In this document: piece by piece, positions 17,235 through 26,469 of the stretch | Position numbering within the stretch: the stretch's first letter is position 1 | How the letters are laid out: every line of letters begins with the position of its first letter | Origin: an uncultured Bacteroidales bacterium | GTDB taxonomy: Bacteria; Bacteroidota; Bacteroidia; Bacteroidales; JAGOPY01 | Length of the DNA: 64,000 nt | Direction of reading: 5' to 3' | NCBI GenBank assembly: GCA_963823285.1 | Contig: CAWGKX010000008.1 | Span: 85,851-149,850 of the forward strand | Position numbers and translations under genes: made by a program | The notes under the pieces: model-generated | What the model was told of the DNA's origin: nothing | Seen by the model: the letters and a program-made list of their open reading frames with translations, nothing else | The model's database searches: none

Positions 17235-19235
17235 ATGATCTTATTTGATAAAATACTAATTGCCAACCGGGGAGAAATTGCGGTGCGGGTGATGCGTGCG
17301 GTCCAGGATCTTGGGATCAGGGCAGTTGCGATCCATTCGGAAGCAGACGCCCAAGCCCTGCATGTCCGCATGGCCGATGAAGCATACAGTCTTGGCGGGA
17401 ACGATCTGGCCGGGACTTATCTCGATATAGAAAAGATAGTAGGAATAGCTAAAACCTGCGGTGCCGGGGCGATACATCCCGGTTACGGCTTCCTGTCGGA
17501 GAACCCCGAATTTGTTAAGGCCTGTGATAAAGCGGGAATTGTTTTCATCGGTCCCAATGCCGTGGCTATGAAGCTGATGGGCAACAAGATCGAGTCGAGG
17601 GAAGCGCTGAAAGATTCGGGCATTCCCATGACCGCAGGAATTACAGGGGACATAGCCACTTTGCTCAAAAGAGCAGGCGAGATCCCCTTCCCCATCATGA
17701 TTAAAGCGGCTGCAGGTGGCGGTGGAAAGGGAATGCGGATCGTTTACAATGCCGACAACCTTGCCGAGCTGCTCGAAAGCACCAGCCGCGAGTCTAAATC
17801 TTATTTCGGCGACGGGACCGTTTTCATTGAAAAGTATATCGAGGACCCCAGACATATAGAAATACAGGTCCTGGGCGATAATTACGGAAACGTGGTCCAT
17901 CTTTTCGAAAGGGAATGCTCTATCCAGAGAAGGCATCAAAAGATCATCGAAGAATCGCCCTCTCCCACCCTGAACCCGGAGATCAGGAAGAAAATGGGTG
18001 AAACTGCCGTCAGGATAGCAAAAACGATAGGCTACAATAACGCGGGGACCGTTGAGTTCCTGGTCGACAAAGACCTCAAATTCTACTTCCTTGAGATGAA
18101 TACGCGGGTCCAGGTCGAACATCCGGTAACTGAGATGGTGACCGGCATCGATATTGTCAAAGAACAAATTTATCTCGCGGCCGGCAAAAAAATGGATATT
18201 AAGCAATCTTCGGTCAAACAAAACGGTCACGCCATCGAATGCCGTATTTACGCGGAAGATCCGGCGAACAATTTCCTCCCGTCTCCCGGCACGATGTCGT
18301 ATTACATGGAACCGGCAGGCGAAGGCATTCGTGTCGATACCGGCATCATGGAAGCCACGACCATTCACAGCTTTTATGACCCGCTGATCTGCAAACTGAT
18401 CACATGGGCCGAAAACAGGGAAGATGCGCGCCATAAGATGATCGGGGCGCTGGATGATTTCATCATCCATGGGATCAGGACCAATATCGGCTACCTGAAA
18501 CATCTCCTTAAAAATAAAGATTACATCGGCAACAAAATAACCACGAAATACTGCGACGAGCACACCGCCGACCTGGTTGCTGCCATGCAGGCCGAGTACC
18601 AGGCCGTTCCCGCCCATATTCCGGGCCTGGCTTATTATCTTTATGATTTCAATTGCGGGGATGACAGAGAACCGGATCCAGGCAACAATATCTGGCGATA
18701 TATCAGTTACTGGCGCGATTTCATGGACCTCCACGGGCAGGTCGATGGAAAGCCGTTCAATTTTTCAATCGGAAAAATTAAAAAAGACCTGTATCATCTC
18801 GCCACGACGGATGGCCCTCATGAAGCCAGGATCAGGATCTGCGGCGAAGGCTATATGGAAATGATACTCGATGGCGGGCAGATGGAGTTTTTTATTTCGA
18901 CGGATGATGAAGGGAACGGGTATGTAAGTTACCATGGATTTATTTTCCGGGTGAACCGGAATGATATGCTGCCGAGGAGCCAGGAGATACTTGGAAGCTT
19001 CGATTCAGGCGGCGGGAAGAATGACGGGAAGATCATTTCACCGATGCCGGGAAAGGTGATCAAGATCAATGTGAAAGAAGGGGATGAAGTGAAGAAAGGA
19101 GCCACCCTGATAATCGTGGAAGCTATGAAGATGGAAAACTATATTGCTGCCCCGCATGAGGGGTTTGTAGAAAAAATAAATGTTAAGGTGGGCGATATGG
19201 TAAATTCGAGTACAAGATTAGTGAATTTAAAATAA
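17235..19235 (+). CDS. liuD: Biotin carboxylase/BCCP fusion (methylcrotonyl-CoA carboxylase alpha-like)
   Basis: ILIANRGEIA, HPGYGFLSEN, EMNTRVQVEH, EAMKME biotinylation motif. Confidence 0.8.
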   Translation: MILFDKILIANRGEIAVRVMRAVQDLGIRAVAIHSEADAQALHVRMADEAYSLGGNDLAGTYLDIEKIVGIAKTCGAGAIHPGYGFLSENPEFVKACDKAGIVFIGPNAVAMKLMGNKIESREALKDSGIPMTAGITGDIATLLKRAGEIPFPIMIKAAAGGGGKGMRIVYNADNLAELLESTSRESKSYFGDGTVFIEKYIEDPRHIEIQVLGDNYGNVVHLFERECSIQRRHQKIIEESPSPTLNPEIRKKMGETAVRIAKTIGYNNAGTVEFLVDKDLKFYFLEMNTRVQVEHPVTEMVTGIDIVKEQIYLAAGKKMDIKQSSVKQNGHAIECRIYAEDPANNFLPSPGTMSYYMEPAGEGIRVDTGIMEATTIHSFYDPLICKLITWAENREDARHKMIGALDDFIIHGIRTNIGYLKHLLKNKDYIGNKITTKYCDEHTADLVAAMQAEYQAVPAHIPGLAYYLYDFNCGDDREPDPGNNIWRYISYWRDFMDLHGQVDGKPFNFSIGKIKKDLYHLATTDGPHEARIRICGEGYMEMILDGGQMEFFISTDDEGNGYVSYHGFIFRVNRNDMLPRSQEILGSFDSGGGKNDGKIISPMPGKVIKINVKEGDEVKKGATLIIVEAMKMENYIAAPHEGFVEKINVKVGDMVNSSTRLVNLK

Positions 19236-19242
19236 TCCGAAT

Positions 19243-20388
19243 ATGAATTTTGATTTATCAGAAGAACAGAATCTGATCCGGGAAACTGTACGGGAATTTG
19301 CGGAACGCGAGATCAAGCCCGTAGCGAAAGAACTTGATGAAAAATCCGAATTTTCCCACGACCTGACGAAGAAAATGGGTGAGCTGGGCATTTTCGGCAT
19401 GTACCTGCCGGAAAAATACGGCGGGCAGGGACTGGATTATTTATCCTATATCATTGCCGTGGAAGAAATTGCCCGGATCGACAGATCGCAGGCTGCCACG
19501 CTGGCGGCGCATAATTCTTTGGGGATCGGGCCACTTTATTATTACGGCACCGAGGAGCAGAAGATGAAATACCTGCCGCCACTTTGCACCGGCGAGGCTC
19601 TCTGGGGTTTCGGCCTGACCGAGCCCGATGCCGGTTCCGATTCGAGGGGAACCAAAACCAAAGCCTATCTTGAAAAAGGTGAATGGGTGATCAACGGATC
19701 CAAGATCTTCATTACGAACGGATCGGTGGATATTTCAGTCGGCTCGACGGTTCAGACTGTCACAGGCGAAAAGGATGGCAGGAAGGAATACACCTGCATC
19801 ATCGTGGAAAAAGGCACGCCCGGATTCACGCGTCGCGGAATGCACGGTAAAATGGTCTGGCGGGCATCCGACACCGCAGAATTATTTTTTGACAATTGCC
19901 GGGTGCCGGAAGGAAACCTGTTAGGAAAAATCGGGGAAGGATCGCACATCATGCTCAGCACGCTCGACAGCGGGCGGCTTTCCATTGCCGCTATGGGACT
20001 GGGACATGCCCAGGGCGCTTTCGAGCTGGCCTTGAAATATGCCAAAGAGCGCAAGCAGTTCGGCCAGCCGATCGTCAAATTCCAGGTAACCGCTTTCAAG
20101 CTGGCCGATATGGCCACCAAGATCGAACTGGCCCGCAATCTCTTATACAAAGCCTGCTGGCTGAAAGATACCGGCAAGCCTTTCGGGAAAGAGGCTGCCA
20201 TGGCCAAACTGTACTGTTCGGAAATCGCAAGAGAAGTCGCTGATGAAGCCGTCCAGATCCATGGCGGGTATGGGCTGATGAAAGACTACGATGTCGAGCG
20301 GCATTTCCGCGACCAGCGGCTTCTGCAGATAGGAGAAGGAACGTCTGAGATTCAGAGGCTTGTGATTTCGAGGTATATTGGCTGTTAG
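19243..20388 (+). CDS. Acyl-CoA dehydrogenase
   Basis: FGLTEPDAGSD, NGSKIFITN, QIHGGYG, IGEGTSEIQR. Confidence 0.92.
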   Translation: MNFDLSEEQNLIRETVREFAEREIKPVAKELDEKSEFSHDLTKKMGELGIFGMYLPEKYGGQGLDYLSYIIAVEEIARIDRSQAATLAAHNSLGIGPLYYYGTEEQKMKYLPPLCTGEALWGFGLTEPDAGSDSRGTKTKAYLEKGEWVINGSKIFITNGSVDISVGSTVQTVTGEKDGRKEYTCIIVEKGTPGFTRRGMHGKMVWRASDTAELFFDNCRVPEGNLLGKIGEGSHIMLSTLDSGRLSIAAMGLGHAQGAFELALKYAKERKQFGQPIVKFQVTAFKLADMATKIELARNLLYKACWLKDTGKPFGKEAAMAKLYCSEIAREVADEAVQIHGGYGLMKDYDVERHFRDQRLLQIGEGTSEIQRLVISRYIGC

Positions 20389-20390
20389 AG

Positions 20391-20616
20391 GAGAAATTCC
20401 AAATTCCAAGCACCAAATTCCAAGCACCAAATTCCAAACAAATTCCAAATCCCAAAGCCCAAAGCCCAAACAAATTCAAAGTCAAAAGCTCCAAATAGCA
20501 AACAAATAAAAAAATTAATTCGAACCTGTTTTGAATTTGCTTTTTTAGTATTTGGATATTGTTTGGAATTTGGGATTTGGTGCTTGTGATTTGGTGGTTG
20601 GAATTTGGAATTTCTC
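20391..20616. repeat. MITE-like element made of inverted heptamer arrays
   Basis: Perfect 19-bp terminal IR GAGAAATTCCAAATTCCAA / TTGGAATTTGGAATTTCTC. Confidence 0.8.
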
Positions 20617-20701
20617 TTTTACTCGTGTGCTATTGCGATATCGGAAAAATCATACTACCTTTATAGGAATAAATCCGGTTAATCCATTCAACCTGCCTGT
20701 T

Positions 20702-21574
20702 ATGAAAACACGTCAGATCAAAAAACTTTTCACCTCCAAGCCTACGCTGGAAGGCGCGGGCGTTCACCTGAAGCGTGCCTTCGGGTATTATGAAGTGCCG
20801 CAGTTCGATCCATTTTTATTGCTGGACGACTTCAGAAATAACGATCCCGCCATGTACCTGAAGGGTTTCCCGTGGCATCCTCACCGGGGGATAGAGACGA
20901 TAACGTATATCCTTGATGGCCTGGTGGAGCATGGCGACAGCATGGGTAACAAGGGAACGATTGGCGCAGGTGACGTGCAATGGATGACGGCCGGCAGCGG
21001 CATCATCCACCAGGAAATGCCTAAAGGCGCTGCTGACGGGAAAATGCTGGGTTTCCAGCTCTGGGCCAACCTGCCGGCCTCGCACAAAATGATGCCTCCC
21101 AGATACCGCGACGTGAAAGCTGCCGAAACTCCTGAGCTGATCCTGGAAAACGGCGTCAAAGTCCGCATCATCTGCGGTGAATTAAACGGTACTAAAGGTC
21201 CGGTCAGAGACATCATCACGGACCCGGAATACCTTGATATTACTGTTCCTGCCGGGGCAGAATACTTCCATCCCACAAAAAAAGGCTACACGGTTTTCAT
21301 TTATGTGATAGGTGGAAGCGGGGTTACCGGAAGCAGCGGGGAAGCCGAAATGCAGGGAAGCGGGGAAGCTATGGTGCAGAATGATACACTTGTTTTATAC
21401 GAAGATGGCGACCGGGTGAATGTCAGATCAGGAGGAGAATCCGTCAGGTTTCTGCTGGTTTCGGGCAAGCCGCTGAACGAGCCCATTGCCTGGGGCGGGC
21501 CGATCGTGATGAATACGGAAGAAGAGCTGGACCTTGCTTTTGAAGAATACCGGAGCGGGCGGTTTATAAAGTAG
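20702..21574 (+). CDS. Pirin-family protein
   Basis: DPFLLLDD, HPHRGIETITY, WMTAGSGIIHQE, GPIVMN. Confidence 0.93.
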   Translation: MKTRQIKKLFTSKPTLEGAGVHLKRAFGYYEVPQFDPFLLLDDFRNNDPAMYLKGFPWHPHRGIETITYILDGLVEHGDSMGNKGTIGAGDVQWMTAGSGIIHQEMPKGAADGKMLGFQLWANLPASHKMMPPRYRDVKAAETPELILENGVKVRIICGELNGTKGPVRDIITDPEYLDITVPAGAEYFHPTKKGYTVFIYVIGGSGVTGSSGEAEMQGSGEAMVQNDTLVLYEDGDRVNVRSGGESVRFLLVSGKPLNEPIAWGGPIVMNTEEELDLAFEEYRSGRFIK

Positions 21575-21599
21575 CTTCTTCATGGACGATTGAACATAT

Positions 21600-22295
21600 T
21601 CAGTCGCACGAATAAGAATCGAAAAACAATTTCTCGTAACTGGAACCAACCGGTATTTCTTTCCCCCCTATATAAACCATTTTATTCCTGACCTTCTCGA
21701 TCCGGGCCAATGGAATTATGAAAGAGCGGTGAACCCGGATAAAATCCTTTTCAGGGAGTTTTTCGAGCATGGTTTTCATCGTCATCCTCACCACCAGGGG
21801 CTTCCTGCTGCTGAGATAAATCTTAAGATAGTCATCCAGTCCCTCAACATAAAGAATATCCTCCAGCATGATCTTTACCAGGCTGTAATCGGCTCGCACA
21901 AAAAGATATTGCTGTTCAGCCGGCTCATGATGATGCAGGAATTTATAAAAATCATTCGCTTTGTTGACGGCCTGCAAAAACCTGTCATACGTGAAAGGTT
22001 TCAGCAAATAATCCACAGCGTTCAGGTTGAAGCCCTCCACTGCATATTCGCTGTAGGCTGTCGTAAAGATGACCATCATATCCCCGGGCAACTTTTTGCG
22101 AAATTGAATACCTGAGACAGACGGCATCCTGATATCAAGAAAAAGCAGGTCGACCGGGAATCTGGCGATATATTTCAGTAGTTCGTCAGGATTTGTAAAA
22201 GATTTAGCCAGGTTGATAAAATCGACCTTACTACAGAAGTTTTCAATTATTCTCAGAGCTGGAGGCTCATCATCCAGGGCAATTGCAACGATCAT
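21600..22295 (-). CDS. LytTR-family response regulator
   Basis: DDEP, FLDIRMP, DYLLKP, FIRVHRSFI. Confidence 0.93.
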   Translation of the reverse strand: MIVAIALDDEPPALRIIENFCSKVDFINLAKSFTNPDELLKYIARFPVDLLFLDIRMPSVSGIQFRKKLPGDMMVIFTTAYSEYAVEGFNLNAVDYLLKPFTYDRFLQAVNKANDFYKFLHHHEPAEQQYLFVRADYSLVKIMLEDILYVEGLDDYLKIYLSSRKPLVVRMTMKTMLEKLPEKDFIRVHRSFIIPLARIEKVRNKMVYIGGKEIPVGSSYEKLFFDSYSCD

Positions 22296-23320
22296 GGCAG
22301 GGTCATAAACAGGTCAACGGTATAATCAGTATCTGTTTCCACAATCGACAGCCGGTGCTTTTCGGGGTAAAGAAGAGCCAGCCGCTGCCTGGCATTGCTG
22401 ATCCCGAACCCAACAGACGGTTCGGTTTCCTGCTCTTTATTTACCTTATAATTAAAGACTTTCAAATGCAATTCGGATTCTGCAAGGCTTATATCGATCC
22501 TTATAAATGATTCCTGGCCGGGATTTACCCCATATTTAAACGCATTTTCGATAAACGGGATAAGGATCAAAGGAGCGATAATATTTCCATGAACCGGATC
22601 GCAGGGATTGTAGGAAATTCTTACGGTGTCTCCAAATCTTATTTTCTGCAATTCAATATAGTCGCTGATATGACTTATCTCCTTTTCCAGGGGGACATAA
22701 TCCTGGCTTGCATCAGAGAGGATATATCGCATCATTCCGGACAGTTTGACGACAGCCTCAGCCGTATCGGCTTTCTGGATTGCAAGTGAATAAATGGTAT
22801 TCAGCGTGTTGAATAAAAAATGCGGGTTGATCTGGGCTTTAAAGTATGATAATTCCGCTTTCAGCTTTGCCTTCTCTGCCAGTCTCCAGCGGTTATTGAT
22901 TTTCAGCATAAGAGACAAAAAGACGACTGCCAGGAAAAAGATAATATGATGACCGATTGAAAACATGAACCTGTTCCTTTCATGATCGGAATGCGGGCCG
23001 GTCCCAGGCGTAACGTGGGCGTGATCCTGGAAAGGCAGAAGTATTTCGGGCAGAAATGCTATAATGAAAAAACAAATTGTAAGTGCAAGGATGAACCAGA
23101 TGTACTTTTTCTGAAAATATAATTTCGGGATCAGTAAATAGAAATTAAGATAAAAGAACATCAGGATGAGGATATCGTTCAGATATCCCCTCATTGCCCT
23201 GGTGTCGCCGAAAAACTCTGCTATGCCGCCCTGGCCGGGCCAAAAGATAACCGGAAGCGACAGGAAAATAGTGCATCCTATCACATGAAACAGGATCTGG
23301 GCTGATTTACTCTTCATCAT
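22292..23320 (-). CDS. LytS-type sensor histidine kinase
   Basis: TMs then KAQINPHFLFNTLN, FIENAFKYG. Confidence 0.9.
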   Translation of the reverse strand: MMKSKSAQILFHVIGCTIFLSLPVIFWPGQGGIAEFFGDTRAMRGYLNDILILMFFYLNFYLLIPKLYFQKKYIWFILALTICFFIIAFLPEILLPFQDHAHVTPGTGPHSDHERNRFMFSIGHHIIFFLAVVFLSLMLKINNRWRLAEKAKLKAELSYFKAQINPHFLFNTLNTIYSLAIQKADTAEAVVKLSGMMRYILSDASQDYVPLEKEISHISDYIELQKIRFGDTVRISYNPCDPVHGNIIAPLILIPFIENAFKYGVNPGQESFIRIDISLAESELHLKVFNYKVNKEQETEPSVGFGISNARQRLALLYPEKHRLSIVETDTDYTVDLFMTLP

Positions 23321-23433
23321 TTTGATCTTCTCAAATGTAAAGTTAAAATGATTATTGCATACCTCGCAGAAAATGAGGTATTCAGGCATATTTTGCCGGA
23401 GTAAAAACCGGATCAGATGATTCCCAGTTTAAC

Positions 23434-23463
23434 AGGGTTTCCAACCCTCGGGTTGGAAACCCT
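23434..23463. repeat. REP-like palindrome (GGGTTTCCAACCC family)
   Basis: AGGGTTTCCAACCC-TC-GGGTTGGAAACCCT; related copies at 24512, 32524 and 37980. Confidence 0.75.
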
Positions 23464-23479
23464 TATCCTTCAAGAAAAT

Positions 23480-23749
23480 TTAATCAAACAATTCGCCTAG
23501 CCAGTTTTTCTTTCTTCCCCTGTAGGAATCGTGATGTTTGTAATCATCGTGATGCTTATAGTCATCATGTTGGCCGGAAACATTAAAAGGATTGAAGTTT
23601 TTGGAGGTTCCTTCGGATTGGCTCCGTTCGATAATTTTATCGAGTTCGCCGCGGTCTAACCAAATCCCGCGACAATCCGGACAAAAATCAATTTCTACTC
23701 CCTGTCGTTCTGCCATTACTAAAGGGACATTACAATTCGGACATTTCAT
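23480..23749 (-). CDS. zf-TFIIB-domain protein
   Basis: MKCPNC...EIDFCPDCRGIWLDRGELDKII...WLGELFD. Confidence 0.9.
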   Translation of the reverse strand: MKCPNCNVPLVMAERQGVEIDFCPDCRGIWLDRGELDKIIERSQSEGTSKNFNPFNVSGQHDDYKHHDDYKHHDSYRGRKKNWLGELFD

Positions 23750-23760
23750 ATTCTGTAATT

Positions 23761-24039
23761 TTAAAGATTAGTATTTATTTCTTTAATTGGTTCGACTATT
23801 TTTTCATCAATATACTTTGCGGCACTATCGACAAGATGTTTATCAACCGTCTTATCCAGAATAGAGTCGGCTTTATCCAGCTGTTTATTTACCTTGACGT
23901 TAATGATGGAATCTGCTTTATTGACCTGCTTATCTATAGCATTGTTAATCCTGTTCTGGGCATTTTCGAGTGCGGTTTCACAGGAAGCCGCGCCAATCAG
24001 GATTGAACAGGCAAGGAGCAGAAAAAATAAATTTTTCAT
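23761..24039 (-). CDS. Small helical lipoprotein
   Basis: Lipobox GAASC; repeated KADSI. Confidence 0.7.
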   Translation of the reverse strand: MKNLFFLLLACSILIGAASCETALENAQNRINNAIDKQVNKADSIINVKVNKQLDKADSILDKTVDKHLVDSAAKYIDEKIVEPIKEINTNL

Positions 24040-24129
24040 GACCGTTAATTTAATTTGAAATTAATAAGAATGAAATGGGAATTCCGGAAACAGAGTATCC
24101 CGGAATTATGGAAAAAGCGATTTTCCCTG

Positions 24130-24438
24130 TCAGATCATTTCAGGCGGTTGCCAGACAAATGAAGAGAAGTTCAGAGGATAATTATCATCCGTATAAAAGA
24201 TCGTTTCACCAAAACAGTAAGGTAATAAGGGAGAACAAGACTTTTCATTCGCCAAGTATTCCACTTCAAAATGTTCCAATATCAGAGTGGCCTGATTATT
24301 TACGGGACTAGCGGAATGCTGTTCTTTTTGATCATGGAAGATATAATGAAAATCGGGTGTAATGCTGAAAACGTCTGCCCAGAAAGCGATCATGCAGAGT
24401 AGTATAAACTTATATATGTAATTTCTGTAAGATTTCAT
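24130..24438 (-). CDS. Hypothetical protein with N-terminal hydrophobic segment and C-terminal WQPP
   Basis: MKSYRNYIYKFILLCMIAFW...FVWQPPEMI. Confidence 0.6.
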   Translation of the reverse strand: MKSYRNYIYKFILLCMIAFWADVFSITPDFHYIFHDQKEQHSASPVNNQATLILEHFEVEYLANEKSCSPLLPYCFGETIFYTDDNYPLNFSSFVWQPPEMI

Positions 24439-24660
24439 ACCCGCTTTCAAAGATAGCATAAAATGAATGAACATTTTAATAACGGTGGCTCGCAAAGTTT
24501 ATTTTAATGACAGGGTTGGAAACCCTTATCCTTTATAATTTCTTTATCCTTTCCCGCCCTTAATTAACTTCTTTCTTATAAACAGCAGGCTAATTTTGTA
24601 CTGTAATTTGATCAGGGGTTTCACATCTCCTCAATTATGAGAGTAATAAGTTTTAATGCC

Positions 24661-24786
24661 ATGATAATCACCATTGAGTTCTTTATTGGAATAATTGTTG
24701 TATTTTTAATCGGCTATTTGATAGCTATTGCTTTAGAAAAAATATTTCATATACATCTGAACAATTCTTCCAAAAAGCATGGATGA
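24661..24786 (+). CDS. kdpF: KdpF-like small membrane peptide (not in the ORF track)
   Basis: MIITIEFFIGIIVVFLIGYLIAIALEKIF..., overlapping the kdpA start. Confidence 0.55.
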   Translation: MIITIEFFIGIIVVFLIGYLIAIALEKIFHIHLNNSSKKHG

Positions 24787-26464
24787 AATATTCCAGATCC
24801 TTATTTTTCTGTTTTTACTGGTAGCCCTGACCCCAATCCTGGGCCGTTACATGGCAAAAGTTTATTTGAATGAGCGTCATGTAATGAAGCCGGTCTTATC
24901 ATGGCTGGAAAATTTTGTTTACCGGACCTGCCGTATCGACCCGAATGAGGAAATGAACTGGAAAACATACACCACCAGTCTTATAATATTCAATTTCTTT
25001 GGTTTCCTGGTTCTGTTCATAATGCTGATGTTACAGGCGCGCCTTCCGTTCAACCCCATGCATTTTACAGGGACGTCATGGCACCTTTCGTTAAATACCG
25101 CGGTGAGCTTTATGACCAATACCAACTGGCAATCATACAGCGGGGAGACCACCCTTGGATACATTCCTCAAATGTTAGGGCTTACCGTTCAGAATTTCCT
25201 CAGCGCTGCCACCGGGATGGCCGTATTTATTGCCCTGATGCGGGGATTGACAAGAAAAACGACCCATGTGCTGGGAAATTACTGGGTCGACCTGACCCGT
25301 TCGATAATTTATATTCTCCTGCCTTTGTCGATCATTCTTGCTGTCATTTTAGCTGGCCAGGGGGTTGTCCAGAGTTTTTCACCTTATATCAAAGCCATAA
25401 CAATGAAGGGAACCGGTCAGATCATCCCGCTTGGGCCCGCCGCTTCACAAATTGCCATCAAGCAGCTGGGAACCAACGGGGGGGGATTTTTCGGGGCAAA
25501 CAGCGCCCATCCTTTTGAAAACCCGACACCCTTCAGTAATTTCCTCGAGATGCTGGCCATCCTTCTCATCCCATCCGGGCTGACCTATACTTATGGCAGG
25601 TTAGCAGGGTCCAACCGCAAAGGCCTGACGCTGTTCATAGTCATGTTCATCCTTTTCTCCACAGCGCTTTTTGTCTCACTTTATTCTGAGTACAGCTATA
25701 ATCCCGTGCAGGATGTAACCGGAAGCATGGAGGGGAAAGAGACACGATTCGGAATTGCAAACAGCGTACTTTGGTCGGTGGCGACAACAGCCGCATCAAA
25801 CGGATCGGTGAATGCCATGCACGACAGCCTGTCGCCCATATCCGGTATGGTCGCCATGTTCAATATCATGCTGGGTGAAGTAGTTTTCGGAGGCGTAGGA
25901 TCGGGGTTATACGGGATGATCATTTTCGTTGTCCTTACTGTTTTCATATCAGGTCTGATGGTTGGGCGGTCCCCGGAATACCTGGGGAAGAAAGTAGAAG
26001 CCTTCGAAGTAAAGATGGCTATTATCGGGGTCCTGGCGCCAAGCTTTGTCATCCTTTTGTTTTCGGCATGGGCGTGTTTGTCTCCTGCCGGCTTAGGGGG
26101 GCTGAACAGTGGCGGACCGCATGGCCTGTCAGAAATACTTTATGCCTATACCTCAGCTGCCGGCAATAACGGCAGTGCATTTGCGGGATTATCAACCAAT
26201 ACCGTATTTTATAATGTAACGCTTGCCATTGGCATGCTGATCGGCCGTTTCGGGGTTATTCTCCCCGCGATGGCCATTGCCGGAAAAATGGCAGAAAAAA
26301 AGATCACACCCCAATCTGCCGGTACATTCAGGACAGATACCTGGATATTTGGCGTTCTTTTGGTTGGTGTCATCCTTATCGTTGGCGGGCTTACTTTTTT
26401 CCCTGCATTAGCCCTGGGGCCCGTAGTTGAGCATTTTCTCATGATAACGGGAATATCGTTTTAA
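24779..26464 (+). CDS. kdpA: K+-transporting ATPase subunit A
   Basis: NTNWQSYSGE, KQLGTNGGG, SNGSVN, NNGSAFAGL. Confidence 0.97.
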   Translation: MDEIFQILIFLFLLVALTPILGRYMAKVYLNERHVMKPVLSWLENFVYRTCRIDPNEEMNWKTYTTSLIIFNFFGFLVLFIMLMLQARLPFNPMHFTGTSWHLSLNTAVSFMTNTNWQSYSGETTLGYIPQMLGLTVQNFLSAATGMAVFIALMRGLTRKTTHVLGNYWVDLTRSIIYILLPLSIILAVILAGQGVVQSFSPYIKAITMKGTGQIIPLGPAASQIAIKQLGTNGGGFFGANSAHPFENPTPFSNFLEMLAILLIPSGLTYTYGRLAGSNRKGLTLFIVMFILFSTALFVSLYSEYSYNPVQDVTGSMEGKETRFGIANSVLWSVATTAASNGSVNAMHDSLSPISGMVAMFNIMLGEVVFGGVGSGLYGMIIFVVLTVFISGLMVGRSPEYLGKKVEAFEVKMAIIGVLAPSFVILLFSAWACLSPAGLGGLNSGGPHGLSEILYAYTSAAGNNGSAFAGLSTNTVFYNVTLAIGMLIGRFGVILPAMAIAGKMAEKKITPQSAGTFRTDTWIFGVLLVGVILIVGGLTFFPALALGPVVEHFLMITGISF

Positions 26465-26469
26465 ATTGA

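Noticed and set aside
17256-18734. 492-aa antisense ORF (and similar long antisense ORFs over kdpB, icmF, mlaD)
   Set aside because: Shadow frames of well-supported genes, with no recognisable motifs.
20552-20701. N-terminal extensions in the ORF track (also 17208, 39922, 43235, 54331, 11818)
   Set aside because: They run through repeats or hairpins; downstream ATGs match the family starts better.
23531-23568. HDDYKH tandem repeat in the zf-TFIIB protein
   Set aside because: Low-complexity tails are usual in this family.
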